From NCBI GenBank assembly GCA_044892505.1, contig CM097883.1:378262001-378326000 (forward strand): a DNA stretch of 64,000 nucleotides, given 5' to 3'. Positions 50,439-62,254 of this stretch are shown piece by piece. The notes beneath the pieces are model-generated. The model saw only the letters and a list, made by a program, of their open reading frames with translations, was not told where the DNA came from and made no database searches. The position numbers and the translations under genes were made by a program. This DNA comes from Schmidtea nova (Eukaryota). The stretch's first letter is position 1, and every line of letters begins with the position of its first letter.

Positions 50439-52270
50439 ATGGATAAATCTTTGAGTGGTTACAAGAGAAAAGTCAACAATAATGAAGATACTGATGCTGA
50501 TACTAGTGGGAATAAAATCAAAAAAGAGCAAGAAAGTAAAGCTCCCAAGAAAAGACAATACAGTTCATCCTATTTATCATTAGGAGTCACTAGTGCTAAT
50601 ATAGATGGCTTGGAAAAACCAATGTGTTTGTTGTGTTCGAAAGTTTTGGCTTCAGATAGTATGAGACCAGTCAAATTAAAACGGCACCATGAATATCTAC
50701 ATTCTGAATACGTTGATAAGCCCATAGTTTTTTCAAAGAAAATTGGATGAGCTTAATAATCAAAAGCAAACGTTCAAAAAATACTTCTGTTTCACCAAAT
50801 GCATTATTGGCTTCGTACCATGTCTCTTACCGAATCGCAAAATGTAAGAAACCACATACAATAGGAGAAACTCTAATTTTACCAGCAGCTATTGATATGG
50901 TTCGAATAATGTTCGGCGAATCATATGCAAAACAGTTGCGATAAATTCCGCTTGCTGATAATACAGTCGGAAGAAGAATCAAGGATATATCTGAAGATAT
51001 TTGCGATCAATTTATGCATTCTCGGCTGCGTACTTCAAAATTCGCCATACAAGTAGATGAGGCAACTGATATAGCTAAAGATGACCATTTAATTGCATAT
51101 GTTCGATATGTTGTGGAAAATAATACATTAGAAGATATATTATTTTGCAAACCCATTTTTGGAAAGACCACATCCATTGAAATTTTTAATATAATGGATA
51201 GTTTTTTTGAAGAAAACGACATAACGTGAAATAATTGCATTGAACTGTGTACTGATGGAGCTCACTCAATGTCCGGACACAAAGCCGGTCTTCAAGCATT
51301 AGTTAAAAAAAGCACCACATGCTATCTGGAGCAGATATAGTGTCAAAAAATATGAGTGAGGAACTTAACAACATTTTTACAAAAATTATAAACTACATTA
51401 AGAACAGTCCTTTGAGATCTAGACTGTTTGCAAAGTTGTGTGTATATATGGAAGCTAATCTACCTCACTTCTGTATTATTGTGAAGTTCGCAGGCTATCT
51501 CGTGCAAAAGTGATTCAAAGGGTATTTGAACTCAAAGAAGAAATAGCAACCTTTCTCGAAGAAAATCAACATGAAGAGGCACATTAGTGGACGAACGATA
51601 ATTTCCTTGTTAAACTTGCCTCTTTGGTTGAAATTTTTGGAAAATTGAGCAGTTTGAATAAATCAATGCAGGGATCACAAATGCATCGACTTGTTCAAAA
51701 AGACGAAGTAAAAGCTTTCATTAAAAAGTTGAAGTTATGGAAGTCAAATTTACAAAAGAATAAGTTGGACATGTTTTCCCTGTCAAAATATTTCTGGACC
51801 ACAGCCAATATTAAAACTAGCAAGAATCTTTTTATTGAACACTTGGATAGTTTAGTACTGCATTTTTCAAATTATTTTAAAGACCTTGATTTCTCAAAGT
51901 TTTTGTGGGTACAGAATCCATTTATCGACAATGAAGATGACGAATTTGAGCTGACAACCATTAAACATGAAAAACTGATAGAATTATCACGCGAGAGCCT
52001 ACTAAAACAAAAGTTTCAAAATGAAACCTTAATTTAATTTTGGATGAATCTTGGCGGAGAGTATGAATCTTTGTATTGCAAAGCAATGCAAGTGCTTCCA
52101 CCGTTTGTAACGTCGTATTTATGCTAAACGGGCTTTTCGGCACTGATTGCAATGAAAACCAAATATCGAGCCAGGTTAGTAGTCGAAAGAGATACGAGTG
52201 GCACTCTCCACATTGCCCCCAAGATTTGATAAACTTCGTGCCAATAAACATCAACAACCCTCGCATTAAA
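50439..52270 (+). pseudogene. Buster/ZBED8-like hAT transposase pseudogene
   Basis: KPMCLLCSKVLASDSMRPVKLKRHH (BED finger), KPHTIGETLILPAA, FAIQVDEATD; many stops and frameshifts. Confidence 0.92.
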
Positions 52271-52679
52271 TTTTTATGCGATATATGTAGTTGGTTTAAA
52301 TGTTTAAAAATAATTTTATATAAAAATAAAAAAATAAATAAACATTGTTAGTATTCTGTTAATTGTAGTTTTCAATTTTTTTTGTAATAAAGTTTTTATT
52401 ATTTAAAACATGTCTATATTATTTAATCTATTAAAACAATAAAAGGTAATAGAGGCGCGGAAAAAAAATTTCCGGGGAGGCGTAGTAGCATAAAGGTTGG
52501 AAACCGCTGCATTATGGTATATACCAAAACTAATTATAAATTATTAACAATTATTTAGTCATCTAAAATGTTTTCCTTTAAAAACAAATAACTAATTTTA
52601 ATATTATTTTTCGGTGAACCAGTCTTAATAACAATGCAGTCTATTTTTTTATTTATAAAATTTTAATTAGGGTAGGTTT

Positions 52680-52965
52680 ACTACAGAACAATTAAATGAA
52701 AGCATCAATAATTCATTTGACGCACAACATTGATAATTTTAACAGATAATATAATGTCATCATCCGACTGTCTATAAGCTTGTTGAACACTTTCGCAACA
52801 AGCAGGATCAGGTTGAGCTAATGATCAAACACTATCTAGCAGAACCTTAGTCCTTTAAATCAAAGTATATCAGACTCAATCGACGCCTGTTAGCTTTGAT
52901 TCCAACTTACATCAACGTACTATTGTTGAAATATCGGCGAGGAATCGGCATAATATTGGAGTATG
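52680..52965 (+). pseudogene. MULE transposase C-terminal remnant
   Basis: INNSFDAQH...HHPTVYKLVEHFRNKQ...KYIRLNRRLL...YRRGIG parallels the C-terminus of the 56921-58132 protein (TNNNLEGWH...HPGIWKF...RLL...LRSIAHN). Confidence 0.6.
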
Positions 52966-53354
52966 AAAACGGAAAACATAACAAACATTAATTAGTACAG
53001 TTATTGTCGTTTAATTAAAACCTAATTTTTTCTTTCGTATATTGTCTATTGTCTCACTTGAATAAATTCGCGCTAATGACGTTACATCGGAAACTAGATA
53101 ATCTCAAGGAACTTAAGAAATAATCCTGAATAGAGCAAGTTGTCCAATAATTTAATTGATAAGAATAACATCTGAAAATCAAGAATAACGATGAGAAATA
53201 TTAGAACACAAGGACAATGTGATGTTTGATGTTTCGGGTCAATTGTAATACATCACCAGAGGAGAATAATATTGATTTTTTTGCATTTATAAAGTAAAAT
53301 TTTATAAAAATATTGATTAAATAAAAATAATAATTCTATATTTTTTCTCAAATT

Positions 53355-55260
53355 AAATGACACTAAGATTGGAGAATACTGCGATTTTTTGTCCAAAAAT
53401 TGTTAAAACTAAAGATATAGAAGTAATTATAACTTTTATTAAAAAAGATAGAAAACTCAGAAATATGTTCTGTATTCATTGCAACAAAAGATGAGATGAC
53501 CCAAATTAACAAAAATCAAGGATCACTAGATATGTAGAAATACATGAATTCGACTTCCAAAATTACAAAACAACTACTTCAATAAAATCAGATAGTATCT
53601 TAAGAAATATTAGGATCGAACTCAAAAGTGTTTTGCAAGTTGTTTATCATTGGTCAATTCATTCTCGCATCTTAACGACAAGATGTATAAGTGCGGTAAC
53701 CATTGTGACAATAAGACGCTTTTATGGAATAATTGAGGATTGGTTAAATAGTGTAGATGTTCAAGAAAATGTTAGAACAGGTGGAAAAATTACAAGAATA
53801 TTTGAAGGAATAATATATCAAGAAAATTATAAAGTTTCACCATTTACCTCATATATTAATTTATCTAAGATTGAAGTAAAAAGGAAAACCATTCCTAGAA
53901 AATAATATTAAAAATCAAGGTGACAAAAATAACATTGATAGTGTTGGGGATGAATTAATGAAATTATTAACAAATTCCTTATATGGTAAAACTTTTCAAA
54001 AGGAAATTGAAACAGAAATGCATATTTGGAACGAGCAAACATTGAAAAATAATTATGATGAAACAATTGGAAACAAGAAATGGATTGTGGAAAAAAAATC
54101 GAAAGAGAAAAATTATGTTCCAAATCCAAAGAATAAATCCTCAGACGTGCCAATACACTTGGATCTTTTATATTGGCACATTCAAGAAGAATTATGAATA
54201 ATTTTCTATTGGAAATTAACACATACAACAAACCAATAGAATATTATAAAGACACATATTCAAAATATATTTCAAAAATATATTATAACGAGTTAGATAA
54301 GGCTGGTTATGTAGGAAGAATTTTAGGTCAAGGAAAAATGATTATGGAGATGATGGAATTGTATATGGATTATTTCAAGCATTAAAAATTTAATAAAATA
54401 TAGTTTTTAATAATGGAATATAAATTGAAATGAAAACTTTCAAAGGCTTCAACTCTAATATTTTAGATTCTAAAGACTTTTTCAAATTATATCAATAAGA
54501 AAATATTGGAGTCATGATTCTATAAAAGGAGTTAGAAAACCAACCGAAGAATCTCAGCCGAAAACATTCATGTATAATTTAAATGAATTAAAAAGACAAC
54601 CACCAGATGAAGATGATGTATTGCTTCCATATTATTAGGAAACTAAAATATGTAAATTGAATTATATTCAGTATATAAATACACCAACACCAATCCCCAG
54701 ATTTAGAAAAAATATTTAAAACATGCAAAAAAACAAAATTGGGTAATAATTACTTTTTGAAAACCAGAATTATAAAAAATGCATAAATGAAAGCCTTAAA
54801 CTGTGGTTAAAAAATACACCAAACGCTAGAATAGCGGATAAATTAAGAAGACTTCCTCTATCTAAAAACTCATGAGTGGTTAGAATTTTCAAAACCATAT
54901 TATATTTCAAATGATTACAAGGGACAACTTGAAGTGGATAATTTTATTTCTCTTTCAAAATTAGATTTGGAGGAAGAGGCAAATATTAAAAAGACAATAA
55001 GTTGGAAAAATTTGAGGTTCGCCGCACACGAAGAAAATATAAAAATGGTAGTAGATTACCTAATAAGGAAGAGATGAACCAAAAAATTATATAATTAATT
55101 TATTTAAAAAGATACAATTTATAGAAAACTATCTATAATTAATAAACTTTTCAAAAAGAATTATACCGACTTGGATGTCTATAATTGGTCAGAAGAATAT
55201 AAAAACAAGATTCTGACCAAAATAAACAAAGCCCTAGAGAGATATTGGGCGAATGGATAA
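53355..55260 (+). mobile_element. Polinton/Maverick (adintovirus-like) remnant: small Zn-ribbon ORF, protein-primed PolB fragment, HNH-like ORF
   Basis: KLLTNSLYGK (PolB motif B), PIHLGSFILAHSRRIMN and a degenerate YYKDTYS (motif C) at ~53700-54400. FCPKIVKTKDIE...MFCIHCNK at 53355. DNFISLSKLDL...WKNLRFAAHEENIK at ~54940-55050 resembles virus-type HNH nucleases. Confidence 0.75.
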
Positions 55261-55639
55261 ATTTTAATTAATTAAATAAAATTGTATACATTTTCATTGT
55301 ATAAATTCGTTGTATATATAAATTCATTATATATATATTAATATATATATATATTAATATATATATATATATATATATATTATTATTATCAATAATTCTC
55401 ATAATGACTATAGATCAAAATTTTTTTTTATATAAACAATAACACAATATTTCGGCNNNNNNNNNNNNNNNNNNNNNNNNNNNNNNNNNNNNNNNNNNNN
55501 NNNNNNNNNNNNNNNNNNNNNNNNNNNNNNNNNNNNNNNNNNNNNNNNNNNNNNNNNNNNNNNNNNNNNNNNNNNNNNNNNNNNNNNNNNNNNNNNNNNN
55601 NNNNNNNNNNNNNNNNNNNNNNAATTAATTTAATAAAAA

Positions 55640-56020
55640 TTCATTTATTCCTTCAACCTATTTTTATATTCCATCTTGTTTTCTTTTTTAATTTCCCTTT
55701 AAATCATCTTTTCCACATTTTTATTTTTTATTTTATTTACTTACATAATGTCATTTTACATAATTTCATTGTCATTTTATATTTTTTTCTTTCTGGGAAC
55801 CCCCCATTGATCTTATTTTTATGTATTTGAATTCGTCTCATCAATCGACATACACCCATACCAATTTCCCCCGCCATATGTTGATTTTCAATTTCTTAAT
55901 TTTCTTAATTAATGTTTTTGTATTTTAATTAATTTATAGATTTTTGTGATTTTATTAATTTTTATTTAATTTTTTTAGATTTTTACTTTATTTTTAAGTC
56001 ACTTATGACAAACCCCAACA
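55640..56020 (-). mobile_element. Partial LTR related to 34370-35120
   Basis: Ends AAACCCCAACA; shares TTCGTC...CCATACC.ATTTCCCC blocks with 34990-35030. Confidence 0.6.
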
Positions 56021-56920
56021 CTACTGTGATTTATTAAATATTGTGATTTTATAAAAAAAATTAAAAGTTGTTTTATTGGTAAAAAATATGAAATTAAAAT
56101 AATCAAATTTTTATCTTTAAAAATGATGGCAGCAAAACCGATTCCTAAATCAAGGAGTTCATTGCAGTTGAAAAAACAAATGACCCAAATCCAATTAGAC
56201 TAAAAAGATTTTATGAATATTTTTCAAAAGTTCTTGATAAAAAATTCTATATAAATTTCTAAAAATATTAATAAAAAATGTTAACAGTGTTATGTTTATC
56301 AAAAAATTATTTTTTGAAAAACAGTTAACACTTTTTAATTAAACTGTTGCTAAGGTAAACATAATACATCTTTTTAGAAATAGCGTGTTCAACTATTTAA
56401 CCAACCAAAACTAAATGTTTTTATCTCTGGTAATATTATTTTTGTAAATATTTTAATAATCGATAATGTTTATATTTAGCTTTCAGGTTTCGAAATGAAA
56501 TGAATATATCAACCACTTTATTTGAAAATGTTTTTAATGACTTATTGTTTTAATGATTTATTGCCTGAAAGGCGTGCTTTGTCCCTGTCGCAAATGAGTG
56601 GAGCGAAAGCAGGATATCGGAAAGCGTATATACTACTAATGAGTGAATGTGGCTTGAAAGGTTTGAAGAGGAAACTTTCATTAAAATAAGTTAATTGTTT
56701 GTTGAATATAATATAGTAGATGATAAATAAAAGATAATTTCATATTTTGGTTATTTATTCTCCTGTTAATGATTCCCGGTAAGTTTATCGAAAAATATTA
56801 TTTTTAAGGAACTTACGAATTGTGGATTTTATCTCAAAAAAGCATGTCTCTTAAAAAATTAAAAACTTTTAAATATTTTATTTATATATGTACATAATAT
56901 TTATATTATAATTTTAAAAT

Positions 56921-58132
56921 TTAATATGAAAGATTGTGAGCAATCGATCGTAAATGATCATTTATATCAATATTTTCATCCCAACGATTGACAACCCGCA
57001 ACAATCTTGCTTCAAGATCACGATATTTTTTCTTCTTTTGTGGAGGTTGCTGTCCACTGAGATATTGTTCTATTTTTAGTTCATTTAAGCTTTGTTCTTT
57101 TTTTAATAGTTCGATGAATTTCCAAATTCCTGGATGAAGAGCGTTCAGCAATGTCTGAAATCCATTGTGCCATCCTTCGAGATTGTTGTTCGTCTTGGGT
57201 AAATTCTGCAATACCGCTTCATAGCAATTCCATAATTGGTGATTAAATTTCGGTGGGCGGCGTCCTTTGAGACGATTAGGTCGCCCAATCCATGTGTCCT
57301 CAAAATAATCAACCACAGGTAGCATATCGTCAGTAAATATATTACTTTCACCTAAAACTTCAAATGTGTTTAAAATAACATTTGTTGGAACAAATGCCAT
57401 TGCAGCAAGCATTCGAAATTTTAATGCGTATTCTGGATCATTTTCATACTGCTGTTTTAGTCCAGATGATTGTATTTTACGCCAAATACATTGATTAAAA
57501 TGAAAAAAACAACCACAATGCCTGGATAGTGGAAATTCTCGTTGAAATGCGTTGATCATTGCGACTTCAAAATCCGTCATTATAGTTTGAGGATTGCAAT
57601 GACCAGTTAATTCTTTTACTGCTTTCAAAAAACGTACATATGTTTCCTCTCGTTTATTTGGGAGGAGACCAAATATTAATGGAATTGATCTATTATCTTC
57701 CAATCCATGAATAGTATATAATTTTTCAAATAATGGAGGAACGGTTTTAAAAGTACCATCACCGTGCCAATGAAGAGAACGCCGTAAAATATCCAAATTT
57801 GCTTGTGTTGAAAAAATTAATATGAGGTCGTCATCCTCAGCTCCAGAATCATATAAAAGAAATTTTTCATTTTTGTTTGTTTTTGTATATTCATCACTGA
57901 ATACAATATCACGCCTTGATCTGGGAATCGGTTGGCCTTTATTTTTCTTCGCTCTAACATTCCGTATAGTTCTCGCAAGATTCGGCACGCTGGGCAATTT
58001 GGCGGCAACACTTCGGCTTACTAATGCTGAAGATGAAGCTACAATATATTGTGGTGCATCACGAGTAATGAGGGCTTCCTGGCGAATGCAGCTGATGACA
58101 TTTTTAGCTTGAACGCTTGCTGCGTCTATCAT
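56921..58132 (-). CDS. MULE (Mutator-like) transposase, 403-aa open frame
   Basis: HWHGDGTFKT, IMTDFE, GCFFHFNQCIW, TNNNLEGWH. The frame extends upstream through RCSARV...HNH (end of a FLYWCH finger) to ~58210. Confidence 0.9.
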   Translation of the reverse strand: MIDAASVQAKNVISCIRQEALITRDAPQYIVASSSALVSRSVAAKLPSVPNLARTIRNVRAKKNKGQPIPRSRRDIVFSDEYTKTNKNEKFLLYDSGAEDDDLILIFSTQANLDILRRSLHWHGDGTFKTVPPLFEKLYTIHGLEDNRSIPLIFGLLPNKREETYVRFLKAVKELTGHCNPQTIMTDFEVAMINAFQREFPLSRHCGCFFHFNQCIWRKIQSSGLKQQYENDPEYALKFRMLAAMAFVPTNVILNTFEVLGESNIFTDDMLPVVDYFEDTWIGRPNRLKGRRPPKFNHQLWNCYEAVLQNLPKTNNNLEGWHNGFQTLLNALHPGIWKFIELLKKEQSLNELKIEQYLSGQQPPQKKKKYRDLEARLLRVVNRWDENIDINDHLRSIAHNLSY

Positions 58133-58296
58133 ATGATTGTGAATATTTTTAAAATTAACTAAAATGCCGTTTTCCGTTATTACACGAGCACTGCATCTCG
58201 TTTTCGATAAACTCGTCGGCTACCCTTGTTAATATATTAAATTAATTTGTGTAAAAAAATATATTTAAAGTATATTATAAATAAAATCACATACTA

Positions 58297-59906
58297 CCGT
58301 GTTTCCCCTATTTGAAGCCCTATCCGTATTTGTAGCCTTCCTACTGATTTTGTAAATTTTTGCAATAAAAGCCCTATCCTCAATATAAACCCTATGCAAT
58401 ATTTAAATATATAGATTATCATTATTACAAATTATATTATAATATTTAATTTCCGGACCCAAAGCAATGCCAAGAAAGAGCTATACACATGCATATAAAA
58501 CATCTATACTGGAAGAGACCATACATAGCGATTTGAGCAATGTATGTAAAAGGCATGGGTTGGATATAAGAATGGTGCGGAGGTGAAAGAATGAAATCGG
58601 TATCGCAAATTTAAGTCTCGATTTACAAGCAAAACGACGGGTGGGTGCAGGTCGCAAGCCTGTAATTGGAGAATGAAATTTTTACTTGGTTCGTAGACAA
58701 AAGGTCTGCACATCTTGTTGTGAAAAGAAATGATGTGATTCAATATGCCGTAGAATTAGCAAAAGAGTGTTGCATCGAAAACTTTAGTGCTTCAAGTCAT
58801 TGGTTGGATGGATTCATGAAGAGACATGAAATAAGCATTAGAAGATCCACAACGCTTTTCAAAATAACTAATGCTGAAACGATAAGCAGGGCGATTAATT
58901 TTAAAAATTATGTTGACTTAATGGATTTGTCTTCCTATGACCCAAATTTTTGTATAGCTGTAGATGAAACTGCAATTTATTATGGACTAAATACACAAAC
59001 TACTTTGGAACGGCGGGGAACCAATTCAATTACAATTCCTTCTACCGGATATGAAAGTTTCCGGATAACTTGCATTCTGGGAATTCGATTAAACGGCGAA
59101 AAACTACCACCTTTTATTATCAACAAAGGCAAAAATGAAAGTATAAACATGCGAAACGGGATTTATATGGTTAATTCTGAAAAGGCTTGGAGTAGAGTAG
59201 AAATATTGAAAAAATATATCGATATCAATCTGCCAATAATTAAACGAGGCAATAAAAAGGGGCTCTTAATATGGGATTCGGCGAGTACGCATAGAGCAAG
59301 TAAAATGAAAGAATATTTAAATATCCGCAATATTAATCAGATAATGATACCCTCTGGAACTACTAGCTATCTTCAATCATTGGATATATGTGTGAACAAA
59401 CCATTTAAAGATCAACTAAAAAATGAAATTAACGAATATATCGAGCGAAGAGCTGAACGGAATATTAGAGGTAATTTTAAAAAGCCCACGATCGAGGAAG
59501 TTGCTTGTTGGGTTAAAAAATCATGGGATAAAATCACACCTCAAATAATTAATAATGCTTTAATAGCCGGATATTTAAACCCTTCTATTAGTTTCGAAAA
59601 TAGCCATATTTATAAACATGAAAGACTCGGTCCAATGCTTATACAGTCATTATCGTTGGTGCCATCATTGCCGAATGAAATTAATGTTCCTGAAGAAGAT
59701 GATTTGGTAATATTCAGCGATGATGAGTCATGAATAAAATATTCAATTGGGTCTTGAGTTTGTGTTTCTTTATTTTACTGTATAAAATATGTTTTAATGC
59801 ATGGACATGTATCCAACTTTTCATTTTATAAGCCCTATCCATATTTCTAATTGTTTTCATGAAAATTTAAAATACAAGCCCGGGGCTTCAAATAAGAAAA
59901 ACACGG
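58297..59906 (+). mobile_element. pogo/Tigger-type Tc1-mariner element
   Basis: TA TSD; TIR CCGTGTTTCCCCTATTTGAAGCCC / GGGCTTCAAATAAGAAAAACACGG. Confidence 0.93.
58467..59733 (+). pseudogene. pogo transposase (HTH plus CENP-B-type HTH plus DDE_1); N-terminus frameshifted, 58666-59733 open
   Basis: MPRKSY start; FSASSHWLDGFMKRH, AVDET, LIWDSASTH, YLQSLDICVNKPFK; stop at 58584-58586. Confidence 0.92.
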
Positions 59907-60429
59907 TATTAATTTATGATGAAATGGGGGATTTATACAAATGATCCGATGCTTCAATAAATGCCGTTCAAATAAAAATTATTATAGAATAAAATATGTA
60001 TACACACAGCCGAAATGTTAAATAGTATTATTAAGAGAATTTGTGAAACAACTAAACTTTGATTATTTAAGTGCTACATTTTCCTTTTAGTCTAATATTT
60101 TTTTTTGTACTTTTATGAACAATAACTTGCAAATTGAAAAAAAAAATTGTGTGGCAACAAAATCCCGAATCTGGATGACAGTTGTGACTAAATGCTGAAT
60201 TATTTTAGTTTGACAACATAACATCAAAAATAAAAAGTGCAAAGTCTGAAAATTTATTTACACTTCACATCCCATTAAGTTATTTAAATTTGAATTTTTA
60301 GTGCTAAATTAATATTGATATAAAATTTTTATATTAATTAACCATAATTAACTTTAACAATCCATTGTAAAATAATTGTCAGGCACTTAACATCACTTTT
60401 TTAGTTTTACGAAATGGAAGGATTTAATA

Positions 60430-60618
60430 CAGGCCTACCCCTATTAACGTCGTTTATATTATGTATTTAATGATACTTTGTGATGATATGTATATATATA
60501 TGATATTTTGTATGTATTTCTTATGTTTTTGCACTATAATAACTACCCCCACAACGTTTTTTTACCTAACGTCGTGTTTTCTTGGAACTAATAAACGTCG
60601 TTAATAGGGGTATGTCTG
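60430..60618. mobile_element. Tc1/mariner-type MITE
   Basis: ~28-bp TIR CAGGCCTACCCCTATTAACGTCGTTTAT / ATAAACGTCGTTAATAGGGGTATGTCTG; flanks TA / CA. Confidence 0.75.
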
Positions 60619-60955
60619 CACTGACTCTTCATTATACTCAAAGTTAAGGAAAGAAATTTTTTATTCTAAACGAAATAATTGCTTCATTTTCGATATTATT
60701 TACTCAAGCTGATTCATTTAAATTTAATATTGTTTCAATTAGTTACGATACAGTTTGAATATTAATACGGTATGTAATTTAATTTTTGTTTTTGTTGGGT
60801 TATTGGTGAAATGGTAAAGGTTACCAATCAAATATCTGACTCAAAAGCGTGCTTTTTAATTGACACACAAATAACAATAACCAATGGAAAATTTATTGAA
60901 AATCACAAATATTTTCAATTTACACTGTAGTGACCAAAATTCAACAGTCTGCTGG

Positions 60956-62139
60956 TGTTGGATGACGAGGGAAGGCTCATAAGAACATTCAAAGTCAATA
61001 AGTATTATCATATCGGCAACAATAGATACAGAATAAATATCTACCTAGAAAAATAAACCCCAATCAAGTCCCAAGCATCTCAATCCCAAACATCAATTAT
61101 CCGTTCTAATCATCAGTCGCAATATCTATCTAAATAACCCCGATCAAATCATCTCAATCTCAATCATTCAAAGCATCAATTGTCCGCCCCAATCGTCCAT
61201 TTCAATCATTTTAATCAAATCATCCGAAATCCCTTTCGAAAAATAACTATAAACTATCTAAAACCCTAATTCACTCTACCAATCTCTGTGATCATCAGTC
61301 AACTATTGTCTGTCAATCTAAACATTTTAAACTGTTTATGTGATCCGAAAATTCTAAATTATCTGCATGATCTAAACATTTTAAAATTATCTATGTTGTC
61401 ATTTATCTATCAAACCCTTCGACTATGAACAATTCAGATCATAAACAATTGATCATGCATGAACTTTTAATATTGATTTTATTAATTCAGGATTTTATTT
61501 TATTTTTATTTTTATTAATTGTAACCAACTATGTGAAACAGAATTTACTTCTGAGATTTTATTTTATTTTTATTAATTGTAACCAACTATGTGAAACAGA
61601 ATTTACTTCTGAATTATTAAATGTCAAAATAATATCCATAGTTGAAAATCTTGTAAATATCAAAATAATATCCATAGTCGAAAATCTTGTAAATATCAAA
61701 ATAATATCCATAGTCAAAAATCTTGTAAATGTCAAAATAATATCAGTAGTTGTAATTTGCATGCCCAAGTTTAATATAAAAGAGAAAGGCAATTCAGTAA
61801 AATTGCCATAAAAATTTTCTAAACTTAGCGTAATAGCTCTCTTAGGTACAAATCCTAAAGAGCGTTTAAAATAAACCAGTTGGTTAAACAAGAAAAAGTC
61901 AATTAGATTTTAAAGATTGTGAACTTTAGAGATCTGCACTGAACGTAAAAGATTTTGTAATCTGAGAGATATTGTAATAGAAAAATCTTAAAGTCATTGA
62001 AAATCTTGTAATTTGTAATCGGTAAAAATTTTGTTATTTAATAAACTTTATAAACAAAAGCCTTATTGTCTTAGTTATTTATATAGGAACCACCAACCCC
62101 CAGTTGAGATTTCAAGTACACATATTTGAGACCTCAACA
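60956..62139 (+). mobile_element. 5' LTR of a Ty3/gypsy retrotransposon
   Basis: TGTTGG...CTCAACA, followed by PBS and gag. Homologous to the solo LTR at 43199-48650. Contains a ~50-bp duplication and a 36-bp tandem repeat (61621-61755). Confidence 0.92.
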
Positions 62140-62141
62140 TT

Positions 62142-62159
62142 TGGTGCCGCGAACCGGGA
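62142..62159 (+). promoter_or_regulatory. Primer-binding site, tRNA-Phe-like
   Basis: TGGTGCCGCGAACCGGGA lies 2 nt after the LTR end; close to the tRNA-Phe complement TGGTGCCGAAACCCGGGA. Confidence 0.75.
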
Positions 62160-62254
62160 CAATAAAATAATATAATATCAATCGGGGGATAGGAATTGCG
62201 ATCAGAGGGATAGTGTAATATATATTGGGAAAATATATCTATAGTTAAATATAA

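Larger units (their letters stand above)
49076..52509 (+). mobile_element. Buster-type hAT element carrying captured gene fragments (Pack-hAT)
   Basis: TIR CAGCGGTTTCCAAC / GTTGGAAACCGCTG; TSD CATTACGG / CATTATGG. Confidence 0.9.

Noticed and set aside
61425-61891. ORFs over the 36-bp tandem repeat in the LTR
   Set aside because: The periodic peptide comes from the repeat and there are no spacers; not a gene or a CRISPR array.
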